Origin: a virus
Length of the DNA stretch: 64,000 nucleotides
IMG/VR virus record: IMGVR_UViG_3300037258_000279
Span: 1-64,000 of that record
Reading direction: 5' to 3' (one strand)
This document shows positions 39,000-45,419 of this stretch, piece by piece. Both the position numbers and the translations under genes were made by a program. Within the stretch, counting starts at the first letter, position 1. The number at the start of each line of letters is the position of its first letter. The notes under the pieces are model-generated. The model worked only from the letters and a program-made list of their open reading frames with translations, was not told the origin of the DNA and did no database searches.

Positions 39000-39075
39000 T
39001 GGCGCCTCGTAGCGGATTCGAACCGCTGTCTCCGGAGTGAAGGTCCGGCCACCTAGCCGCTAGTAAGAACGAGGC
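39000..39075 (-). tRNA. tRNA-Glu(UUC)
   Basis: loop CCUUCAC (C33), CCA. Confidence 0.85.
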
Positions 39076-39079
39076 AATC

Positions 39080-39154
39080 TGGTAGGCGCGGGCGGGGTTG
39101 AACCGCCGACCTCCTGCGTGTCGAGCAAGCGATCTACCGCTGATCTACGCGCCC
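39080..39154 (-). tRNA. tRNA-Val(GAC)
   Basis: loop UCGACAC (C33), CCA. Confidence 0.85.
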
Positions 39155-39158
39155 AAGC

Positions 39159-39233
39159 TGGTACCCCGCGACGGGATCGAACCGCCGACATCCTCGGTGT
39201 AAACGAAGCGCTCTACCTCTGAGCTAGCGGGGC
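39159..39233 (-). tRNA. tRNA-Val(UAC)
   Basis: loop UUUACAC, CCA. Confidence 0.88.
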
Positions 39234-39238
39234 ATGTT

Positions 39239-39315
39239 TGGTCGGAGTGAGTGGATTCGAACCACCGGCCCCAGCGTCCCGAACGCTGTGCTCTGCCATG
39301 CTGAGCTACACTCCG
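39239..39315 (-). tRNA. tRNA-Pro(CGG)
   Basis: loop UUCGGGA, CCA. Confidence 0.9.
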
Positions 39316-39320
39316 TCATC

Positions 39321-39396
39321 TGGCGCTCTTGGTGAGGCTCGAACTCACAACCCCCGAACTAGGATTTCGGTGCTCGTCCGATCGAGCTGCAAGAGC
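39321..39396 (-). tRNA. tRNA-Arg(CCU)
   Basis: loop AUCCUAG, CCA. Confidence 0.85.
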
Positions 39397-39400
39397 AAAT

Positions 39401-39478
39401 TGGTGCGGGCGACAGGATTCGAACCTGCGACTTCCCGGTCCCAAACCGGGCGCTCTGGCCTGACTGAGCTACACCCAC
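39401..39478 (-). tRNA. tRNA-Pro(UGG)
   Basis: loop UUUGGGA, CCA. Confidence 0.85.
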
Positions 39479-39487
39479 GAACGAAAC

Positions 39488-39561
39488 TGGCGCTTCCAGT
39501 CGGGATCGAACCGGCGTTGACGGCGTGACAAGCCGCTCTCCTACCATTGGAGGATGGAAGC
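39488..39561 (-). tRNA. tRNA-Asp(GUC)
   Basis: loop UUGUCAC, CCA. Confidence 0.85.
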
Positions 39562-39570
39562 AAACGAATT

Positions 39571-39645
39571 TGGTGGGCTGCCAGGGACTCGAACCCTGAA
39601 CCTACGGATTAAGAGTCCGCTGCGCTACCATTGCGCCAGCAACCC
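39571..39645 (-). tRNA. tRNA-Lys(CUU)
   Basis: loop CUCUUAA, CCA. Confidence 0.9.
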
Positions 39646-39648
39646 GAT

Positions 39649-39724
39649 TGGTGGGCCAGTACGGGGTCGAACCGTCATCGGACGCTTATCAAGCGTCTGC
39701 TCGCAGCCGTTGAGCTACAGGCCC
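39649..39724 (-). tRNA. tRNA-Ile(GAU)
   Basis: loop UUGAUAA, CCA. Confidence 0.85.
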
Positions 39725-39725
39725 G

Positions 39726-39810
39726 TGGTGGGTCGGCGTGGTGTCGATCCACTCCCCCGCAGGGACGGGTTTTACAGACCCGCTGCCGGATCCGCCGGCT
39801 TTGCCTTCCC
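39726..39810 (-). tRNA. tRNA-Tyr(GUA)
   Basis: loop CUGUAAA, long variable arm, CCA. Confidence 0.8.
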
Positions 39811-39816
39811 GTGATC

Positions 39817-39891
39817 TGGTGCCCGGTGACGGATTTGAACCGCCGGCCTCTCCCTTACCGAGGGATTGCACTGCCGCTGTGCTAACCGGGC
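39817..39891 (-). tRNA. tRNA-Thr(GGU)
   Basis: loop UCGGUAA (C33), CCA. Confidence 0.85.
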
Positions 39892-39896
39892 ATACC

Positions 39897-39988
39897 TGGC
39901 GGTGCCGGAGGGATTCGAACCCTCGGGCCGGCTTTCACCGGCCAACGGTTTAGCAAACCGCCGCCTTCGGCCACTCGGCCACAGCACC
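39897..39988 (-). tRNA. tRNA-Ser(GCU)
   Basis: loop UUGCUAA, long variable arm, CCA. Confidence 0.9.
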
Positions 39989-39992
39989 ATGT

Positions 39993-40082
39993 TGGAGGAA
40001 CGTGATGGCATCGAACCATCAGCCGCTCGCGCGGCGCCCCGGGTTTCAGAGCCGGTGAAGGAGCCAACCTTCGGCACGTTCC
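39993..40082 (-). tRNA. tRNA-Ser(UGA), atypical D-arm
   Basis: loop UCUGAAA (C33), D-stem GAAGG/CCUUC, U discriminator, CCA. Confidence 0.75.
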
Positions 40083-40085
40083 AAT

Positions 40086-40173
40086 TGGCGGTTGGGGTGA
40101 GATTCGAACTCACGGTGCCCGTAGGCACTCCGGGTTTCGGGTCCGGCGCAATCGGCCACTCTGCCACCCAACC
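40086..40173 (-). tRNA. tRNA-Ser(CGA)
   Basis: loop CCCGAAA (C33), long variable arm, CCA. Confidence 0.82.
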
Positions 40174-40182
40174 AAACGAATC

Positions 40183-40272
40183 TGGCGGACGGTGAAGGAT
40201 TCGAACCTTCGGTGCCCAGAACGGGCACGCCGCGATTCCAACGCGGTGCAATCGCCACTCTGCCAACCGTCC
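40183..40272 (-). tRNA. tRNA-Ser(GGA)
   Basis: loop UUGGAAU, long variable arm, CCA. Confidence 0.88.
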
Positions 40273-40276
40273 GAAC

Positions 40277-40360
40277 TGGTGTCCCCGGGGAGAGTCGAAC
40301 TCCCACGCCGCGAGGCACAGGCACCTCAAGCCTGCGCGTCTACCATTCCGCCACGAGGAC
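40277..40360 (-). tRNA. tRNA-Leu(GAG)
   Basis: loop UUGAGGU, CCA. Confidence 0.9.
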
Positions 40361-40365
40361 AATTT

Positions 40366-40450
40366 TGGTGCGAGCCGGGAGAGTCGAACTCCCATGTCTT
40401 GCGACACTCGGTCCTGAGCCGAGCGCGTCTGCCTATTCCGCCAGGCTCGC
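40366..40450 (-). tRNA. tRNA-Leu(CAG)
   Basis: loop CUCAGGA, CCA. Confidence 0.9.
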
Positions 40451-40456
40451 GTGATC

Positions 40457-40532
40457 TGGTGCGGGCATCGGGAGTCGAACCCAATGGAAGCCAGGGTTTA
40501 GGCCCGGCCGCGTCACCGTGCGCCATGCCCGC
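40457..40532 (-). tRNA. tRNA-Leu(UAA), short variable arm
   Basis: loop CCUAAAC (C33), CCA. Confidence 0.72.
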
Positions 40533-40536
40533 ATAT

Positions 40537-40612
40537 TGGCGTCCCGCGGGGGAATTGAACCCGCCGTTTCCCGAGTGAGAGTCGGGGTTCCTGACCGCTA
40601 GAAGAGCGGGAC
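40537..40612 (-). tRNA. tRNA-Glu(CUC)
   Basis: loop CUCUCAC, CCA. Confidence 0.85.
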
Positions 40613-40617
40613 ATGGT

Positions 40618-40693
40618 TGGCTGCGGCGGAACGGATTCGAACCTTCGACCTGCGCGCTCAAAACGCGCTGCTCTACCGCTGAGCTACGCCGCA
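40618..40693 (-). tRNA. tRNA-Gln(UUG)
   Basis: loop UUUUGAG, CCA. Confidence 0.85.
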
Positions 40694-40699
40694 ACAAAT

Positions 40700-40773
40700 T
40701 GGCAGGGCGGCTCGGATTCGAACCGAGGCGAACGGAGTCAGAGTCCGTTATGCTGCCGTTACATCACCGCCCA
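40700..40773 (-). tRNA. tRNA-Gln(CUG)
   Basis: loop CUCUGAC, CCA. Confidence 0.88.
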
Positions 40774-40780
40774 TCAAAAC

Positions 40781-40855
40781 TGGTGCCGGTAGAGAGGATT
40801 GAACTCCCGACCTTCGCATTACAAATGCACTGCTCTGCCGCTGAGCTATACCGGC
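40781..40855 (-). tRNA. tRNA-Thr(UGU)
   Basis: loop UUUGUAA, CCA. Confidence 0.9.
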
Positions 40856-40932
40856 TGGGGTGAGTAGTGGGGATCGAACCCACGAATGATCGGTTCACAG
40901 CCGACCGCGTTAGCCACTTCGCCATACCCACC
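40856..40932 (-). tRNA. tRNA-His(GUG)
   Basis: loop CUGUGAA, G-1/C73, CCA. Confidence 0.88.
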
Positions 40933-40943
40933 ACGAAAATGCT

Positions 40944-41015
40944 ACCCGGTGGTCTTGCCTTGAAACGACGCCCCACGCGTGAGACGGACAGGTATCGAAA
41001 CCTGCATCACCGGGT
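40944..41015 (-). ncRNA. circularly permuted tRNA-like RNA (Y RNA/YrlA-like topology)
   Basis: ACCCGGUG, T-arm, loop-closed acceptor-like stem, D-arm with GG, CACCGGGU. Confidence 0.65.
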
Positions 41016-41020
41016 TCTTT

Positions 41021-41094
41021 TGGAGGTGCGCCGCGGAGTCGAACCGCGATTGCGGGATTTGCAGTCCCGAGCCTAGCCGTTCGGCCAGCGCACC
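41021..41094 (-). tRNA. tRNA-Cys(GCA)
   Basis: loop CUGCAAA, U73, CCA. Confidence 0.9.
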
Positions 41095-41098
41095 AATC

Positions 41099-41174
41099 TG
41101 GCACCGGGGGAGGGATTCGAACTCTCGACACGCGGTTTTGGAGACCGCTGCTCTAGCCACTGAGCTACCCCGGT
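41099..41174 (-). tRNA. tRNA-Trp(CCA)
   Basis: loop CUCCAAA, CCA. Confidence 0.9.
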
Positions 41175-41177
41175 AGA

Positions 41178-41771
41178 TCAATAAACTCCGTTCCTGCTGT
41201 CGGTGCGAAGCCATTTTCTGACGGCCGCTTCTGATACGCCATATCTCGCGGCGACTTTGACTCGAGATGCCCGCACCACCATTTCCCGAAGCCGCTTTCC
41301 TTCGGGTCTGTCCGGGACCTTAGCTTTAGCCTGAGACCGACATCGATTGCTGCAAAACTTTAAGCCGGCTCGCAAAGGGGCGCCGCACTTTTCGCATGCT
41401 GCCCCATCGTCACGCGGGAGGGTCGCAATGTTCCTTCTCGTGACGCGACCATTACGCATAGATAGCGGGATTGTTGCCTCGTCAAAGCGCCGAATATTGT
41501 CTGGGATTCTGGTGCTCCCCTCATGCACCTCGTCGTGGCAGTTGTGACATAGCATCACACATTTTCTTGCCTCGTCCGCGACCCGCTTCCATGATCGCGG
41601 GACACCGTTGGACGCCATGCTAAATTTTTTCTGCGCCGGCTCGACGTGATGGAACGTCAAGGCGCGCATCGACTTCGCGTAACCGCAAATTCCACAACGG
41701 CCGCCGAACGCGACGACGAGCTTTTCTTTCATTCGTTGCCGCCAACGAACGACCGCAGCGCCACCGCTCAT
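41178..41771 (-). CDS. HNH homing endonuclease inside the tRNA array
   Basis: start MSGGAA; CGICGY..ALTFHH..KCVMLCHNCHDEVH; CEKC..FCSNRC; C-terminal HTH YGVSEAAVRKW. Confidence 0.88.
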   Translation of the reverse strand: MSGGAAVVRWRQRMKEKLVVAFGGRCGICGYAKSMRALTFHHVEPAQKKFSMASNGVPRSWKRVADEARKCVMLCHNCHDEVHEGSTRIPDNIRRFDEATIPLSMRNGRVTRRNIATLPRDDGAACEKCGAPLRAGLKFCSNRCRSQAKAKVPDRPEGKRLREMVVRASRVKVAARYGVSEAAVRKWLRTDSRNGVY

Positions 41772-41773
41772 TT

Positions 41774-41848
41774 TGGCTCCCCGAGCTGGACTCGAACCAG
41801 CGACCTGCCGCTTAACAGGCGGTTGTTCTACCACTGAACTACCGGGGA
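41774..41848 (-). tRNA. tRNA-Asn(GUU)
   Basis: loop CUGUUAA, CCA. Confidence 0.9.
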
Positions 41849-41957
41849 AAAAACTGAAAGAGAGTTGCCGAAGCTCCCACTGCCCGGGCTTTTCCGCGCG
41901 GGTTCGCCACACGATTTCTCGCTGGCGTGGCCCCGACGGACGGCTGCCCGTGTCGGA

Positions 41958-42032
41958 TGGAGCGGGCGACGAGAATCGAACTCGCGACATTCTGCTTGGA
42001 AGGCAGAAGCTCTACCCCTGAGCTACACCCGC
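41958..42032 (-). tRNA. tRNA-Gly(UCC)
   Basis: loop CUUCCAA, CCA. Confidence 0.92.
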
Positions 42033-42106
42033 AATCTTGTGCTCGCCCCGGTCGGCGCTGTCGTGAACAGCATGGAGTGACTTGGCCACAACCGACCGGG
42101 ACGAAT

Positions 42107-42182
42107 TGGTGCCGAAGAGTGGAATCGAACCACTGACACCCACGCCTTCAACGTAGTGCTCTACCTGCTGAGCTACTTCGGC
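42107..42182 (-). tRNA. tRNA-Phe(GAA)
   Basis: loop UUGAAGG, CCA. Confidence 0.88.
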
Positions 42183-42418
42183 AAATTTCTCGGGGCTGGA
42201 TTTGTCATTCCTCCGTTCCTTGCTAGCAGGGGGAGTCGCAGATACCAGCATACAGGATTGCGGCACAGCCACCTTTAGGCTGGCGCTACCAGCCGCTGCG
42301 TCCTTGGTGTTTGGACGACCCGAGAATCTTCCGGCGACCGGACCAAGTTCTCATGCAGGAGATCCCGCCAAGGTCCGAACATTTGCATCATTGACGCCTT
42401 AGGGGCGTACCGCCGAGT

Positions 42419-42495
42419 TGGTTGCGCTGGCCGGCAATCGAAGCCGGCGACCTTCGGGTTATGGACCCGACGAGCTACCTCTGCTCCACAGCGCG
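42419..42495 (-). tRNA. tRNA-fMet(CAU)
   Basis: C1:A72 mismatch, GGG/CCC anticodon stem, loop UCCAUAA (C33). Confidence 0.85.
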
Positions 42496-42500
42496 TCAAA

Positions 42501-42576
42501 TGGTGGCAGGGGTGGGAGTCGAACCCGACGACCTGAGCGTTATGAGCGCACCGATCTACCGCTGATCTACCCTGCT
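42501..42576 (-). tRNA. tRNA-Met or Ile2 (CAU)
   Basis: loop CUCAUAA, CCA. Confidence 0.8.
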
Positions 42577-42583
42577 ATCGAAT

Positions 42584-42658
42584 TGGAGCGGGCAATGGGA
42601 GTCGAACCCACGACCTCAACCTTGGCAAGGTTGCGCTCTGCCCCTGAGCTATGCCCGC
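42584..42658 (-). tRNA. tRNA-Gly(GCC)
   Basis: loop UUGCCAA, CCA. Confidence 0.92.
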
Positions 42659-42662
42659 AAAT

Positions 42663-42738
42663 TGGTGGAGGTAGAGGGACTCGAACCCACGACATCCTGC
42701 TTGCAAAACAGGCGCTCTCCCAACTGAGCTATACCCCC
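42663..42738 (-). tRNA. tRNA-Ala(UGC)
   Basis: loop UUUGCAA, G3:U70, CCA. Confidence 0.92.
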
Positions 42739-42914
42739 GGAAAAAATCTGGCGCATCTGGCTTTCAAGGGACCACCGGATCGCCCGGCCGTCTTCCTAGT
42801 GGTGTGGCCCGGCGCACGCGGCGCCAGTTGTCCCGATGCAGAGCCGGGGAAGGTCGAACCAGACCTTGCTTGCCGGTGGTCTACAACCCCTACGCCTTCG
42901 ACAAACCAATAACG

Positions 42915-42950
42915 AAAAAACCTCCCGCGGTTTCCCGGGGAGGCTCTTCG
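42915..42950 (-). terminator. intrinsic terminator in the tRNA-operon leader (attenuator)
   Basis: CCUCCCCGG-GAAA-CCGCGGGAGG-UUUUUU. Confidence 0.85.
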
Positions 42951-42973
42951 ATCTTTCGATCTGATCCGAGTAT

Positions 42974-43111
42974 TTATTTCTCGGACGAAGCCTCCCTGCG
43001 GGCGGGTTGCCGCTGCGCGCTATTACCCATCGGGTGATGGATAAAGGACGTGCGCGACCACCCGAATGTTTCGGATAGTTTCGCTCGCAGATTTGAGGCC
43101 GTTAAGAGCAT
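42974..43111 (-). CDS. putative 45-aa leader peptide of the tRNA operon
   Basis: MLLTASNLRAKLSETFGWSRTSFIHHPMGNSAQRQPARREASSEK; ATG 7 nt after the -10 box; 3' end carries the antiterminator strand. Confidence 0.65.
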   Translation of the reverse strand: MLLTASNLRAKLSETFGWSRTSFIHHPMGNSAQRQPARREASSEK

Positions 43112-43118
43112 GGCGGGA

Positions 43119-43147
43119 AACCTAGTGTCTACCGACCGACTTGTAAA
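43119..43147 (-). promoter_or_regulatory. putative sigma70 promoter of the tRNA operon
   Basis: TTTACA-17 nt-TAGGTT. Confidence 0.7.
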
Positions 43148-43175
43148 GGGGGTTTCTCGCGATATTTTTTACGAA

Positions 43176-43601
43176 CTATTTCACGTTGGCGAAAAACATG
43201 GTGCTGCCTTGTTTCCCCGTCATTGTGGCACCTTGCGTCCATGCCGGCGCCGCGATGGTATCGGCGTAGAAATTGACGGCACCGCCGGTCGGATCCCCCT
43301 CGCCCGCCACCACCGCCGCCAAGACTTCATCGTAGGCTGCGAGCGCGTCGAGGATCACCGGATCGTCGGGTGCTTTCGCGGCCACGCGTTCGAGATTGGC
43401 ATTGTCTGCCGAATCCGCGTTCCATTCGCTGAACTGCATGCGCTTCAGACACACCGCCGCTGGCGTCGAGCCATAGCGCGCCGGATTGATCTGAGCACGA
43501 TTGAAGATCACCCAGACGATCCAGCGCCGTGCCGTTGGGTCATTCTCTTCGCATGCCGCCGTGATGGCGCACACGATGCGATCGGCAAAGCCCGTGTTCA
43601 T
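43176..43601 (-). CDS. SleB/Hydrolase_2-family cell wall hydrolase (endolysin)
   Basis: VI.NR, VCLKRMQFSEWN, DPTGGAVNFY, PAW. Confidence 0.85.
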   Translation of the reverse strand: MNTGFADRIVCAITAACEENDPTARRWIVWVIFNRAQINPARYGSTPAAVCLKRMQFSEWNADSADNANLERVAAKAPDDPVILDALAAYDEVLAAVVAGEGDPTGGAVNFYADTIAAPAWTQGATMTGKQGSTMFFANVK

Positions 43602-43978
43602 ATGCGTGCCGGCCTGTTCTGGCCGAGGTCGGTATTCTTGAGCGCCAGAACCAGAATCTCGTCGAAGCGCTCGCGCAGGGCGTTCAGCGCCACCGTCTGG
43701 TCGCGCATGCCGAACTCAAGGCGAGTGATATCGCCATCGAGATCGTCCCGGCGCACGTAGTTGTCTTTCACGGCCGATATCTCGTTGCGGGCGATGTTGA
43801 ATTTGCCGTCAAGAGAGGTCGCTACTCCTTCGATCTTCTCGAGCAATATTTGTTCGCCCTTTTCGCGGCGTTCGTCAACGCGGTTGATGTACGCGATGAG
43901 ACGCCACGCCACCGTTCCAAGCGTACCGGCACCAGTCCCGACCAGCGCCACAAGCGCTATGATTTCGCCGGCTCCCAT
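43598..43978 (-). CDS. single-TM coiled-coil protein (holin-like)
   Basis: N-terminal TM, NYVRRDD; coupled to the endolysin gene. Confidence 0.6.
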   Translation of the reverse strand: MGAGEIIALVALVGTGAGTLGTVAWRLIAYINRVDERREKGEQILLEKIEGVATSLDGKFNIARNEISAVKDNYVRRDDLDGDITRLEFGMRDQTVALNALRERFDEILVLALKNTDLGQNRPARI

Positions 43979-44065
43979 CTCTTATTCTCCCAATCGATGG
44001 TTCGGGCCCAATAAGCAGGTGAGGCGATTAAGCCCCACCTGTTCTCGGCGATCAGACTGGAAGTG

Positions 44066-44566
44066 TTAGGGTGCGAAGTAGGCCGCGACGCGGATGCACT
44101 CGATCAGGTGGTTTTCCTGAGCCGATGGAACGAACGTCACGGCAACGCCGGCCGCCGCGCTTTTGAGAGGCGTGGCGTAGGTTTCCGCGAGCTGGCGGAA
44201 GGTGCCGTTGGCACCGGCCGTCGGAACCAGCGTCGCCAACGACCAGAACGGGGCGCCGGTGATGTTGGTGGTCGACAGCGTCGAAACCTGCGTGACGCCG
44301 GTGACATCCGCGGTCAGATCGATATAGACGCCGGTGATGTAGACATACTGTCCGCCAGGCGGCGTGATGGTGACGGTAGCGTTGGCCGCCGTGGTATTGA
44401 CGGTCGCGCAGGTGGTGGCGCCGCCGAGCGGCCCATAGAGGCCGGTTGCCGCATCGGCGCGTGTGCCGGTTTGCTGGACGGCGGGCGCCTGTTGTGCACT
44501 TGCAAAGCCGATTGCCGAGATCGCCAGGAGCCCGGCAAGGGCCAGAGACTTGAAGAACCGAGTCAT
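44066..44566 (-). CDS. signal-peptide protein, probably virion or secreted
   Basis: N-terminal signal sequence, beta-rich body. Confidence 0.65.
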   Translation of the reverse strand: MTRFFKSLALAGLLAISAIGFASAQQAPAVQQTGTRADAATGLYGPLGGATTCATVNTTAANATVTITPPGGQYVYITGVYIDLTADVTGVTQVSTLSTTNITGAPFWSLATLVPTAGANGTFRQLAETYATPLKSAAAGVAVTFVPSAQENHLIECIRVAAYFAP

Positions 44567-44654
44567 CTCTTAGTCCTCATTGACGCGCCGGGCTGTTTTG
44601 GCATCGCCGCGTCGATCCGACGCGCAATCTCGTCGCAGCGATGTTCATGACGGG

Positions 44655-45347
44655 TCAGCAAATCGGTATCAGACCGGGCTGCCCGTAATAGTCCTTAATC
44701 AGCAACCATCTTCCTCCCACTGTCGGCGCCTTCGTGACATTGACAGGAATGGTTGGTGCCCCCACGCACGCGGCGAACGGATAGGCGCCGGAAATAACCG
44801 ATGCCGGGGCCGTGAATTGCAAAATGCCGGGAGGCAAGAAAAACGTGGCGCTGTTCGATGCGAATGTGCCGGGCACGACACCCAGATTGGGATTGGACGC
44901 GGGCGCTTGGGTCGGCGATCCGACGGTCCAATAATTGTTACCGTCGCTGACCAGATTGACCGTCTCGCCCTGCACCAATGCCGCCGTCGCGCGGCCATTG
45001 ACGAGTCCGGCCGCCGTGGTGATCGTCACCCCGCCGGGGCCTCCCGGAATCAACGTCACGAAATAGCCCTGCGGCGTGTTTATTGCCGCCGGCGCCGACA
45101 CGATCGTGCCGGTCAGATTGACGAAAACGAAGACATTGCAGCCGTTTTGTGACGTGAGTTGGAGGGTGGCGGCGGTGATGATCTTCGGCGTCATCGACGC
45201 GATCGGGCAGGCAGCACCGCCACCTTGCGCCCAGGACGTCCCCTGGAACAACATCCCGGCAAGTGCGGCAATGCCGATCAGTCTCAAGAGCTGGCGCACT
45301 GCAATGTCCTCCCCCGCCCGGATTAACGGCGCTGGCCGATAGTACAC
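44655..45347 (-). CDS. signal-peptide / tail-accessory-like protein
   Basis: hydrophobic N-terminus; LVSDGNNYW motif; start uncertain. Confidence 0.6.
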   Translation of the reverse strand: MYYRPAPLIRAGEDIAVRQLLRLIGIAALAGMLFQGTSWAQGGGAACPIASMTPKIITAATLQLTSQNGCNVFVFVNLTGTIVSAPAAINTPQGYFVTLIPGGPGGVTITTAAGLVNGRATAALVQGETVNLVSDGNNYWTVGSPTQAPASNPNLGVVPGTFASNSATFFLPPGILQFTAPASVISGAYPFAACVGAPTIPVNVTKAPTVGGRWLLIKDYYGQPGLIPIC

Positions 45348-45419
45348 CGCGCTCGCTGTAAATTGAAGCCCGATATTTTAGGGGTTCGCGGACAATCCCT
45401 CGGCGCGCCGCAACAGCGA

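Noticed and set aside
39993-40082. Selenocysteine or opal-suppressor tRNA explaining the HNH UGA
   Set aside because: TCA on the plus strand is the codon; the anticodon is UGA (Ser) and the fold is 7/5
40457-40532. Amber suppressor tRNA (CUA)
   Set aside because: In the 7-nt loop CCUAAAC the central triplet is UAA; many genes here end in TAG, so there is no sign of recoding
38558-43037. Many short ORFs over the tRNA array, including the 41772-41990 extension of the HNH ORF
   Set aside because: They overlap clear tRNA or ncRNA structures
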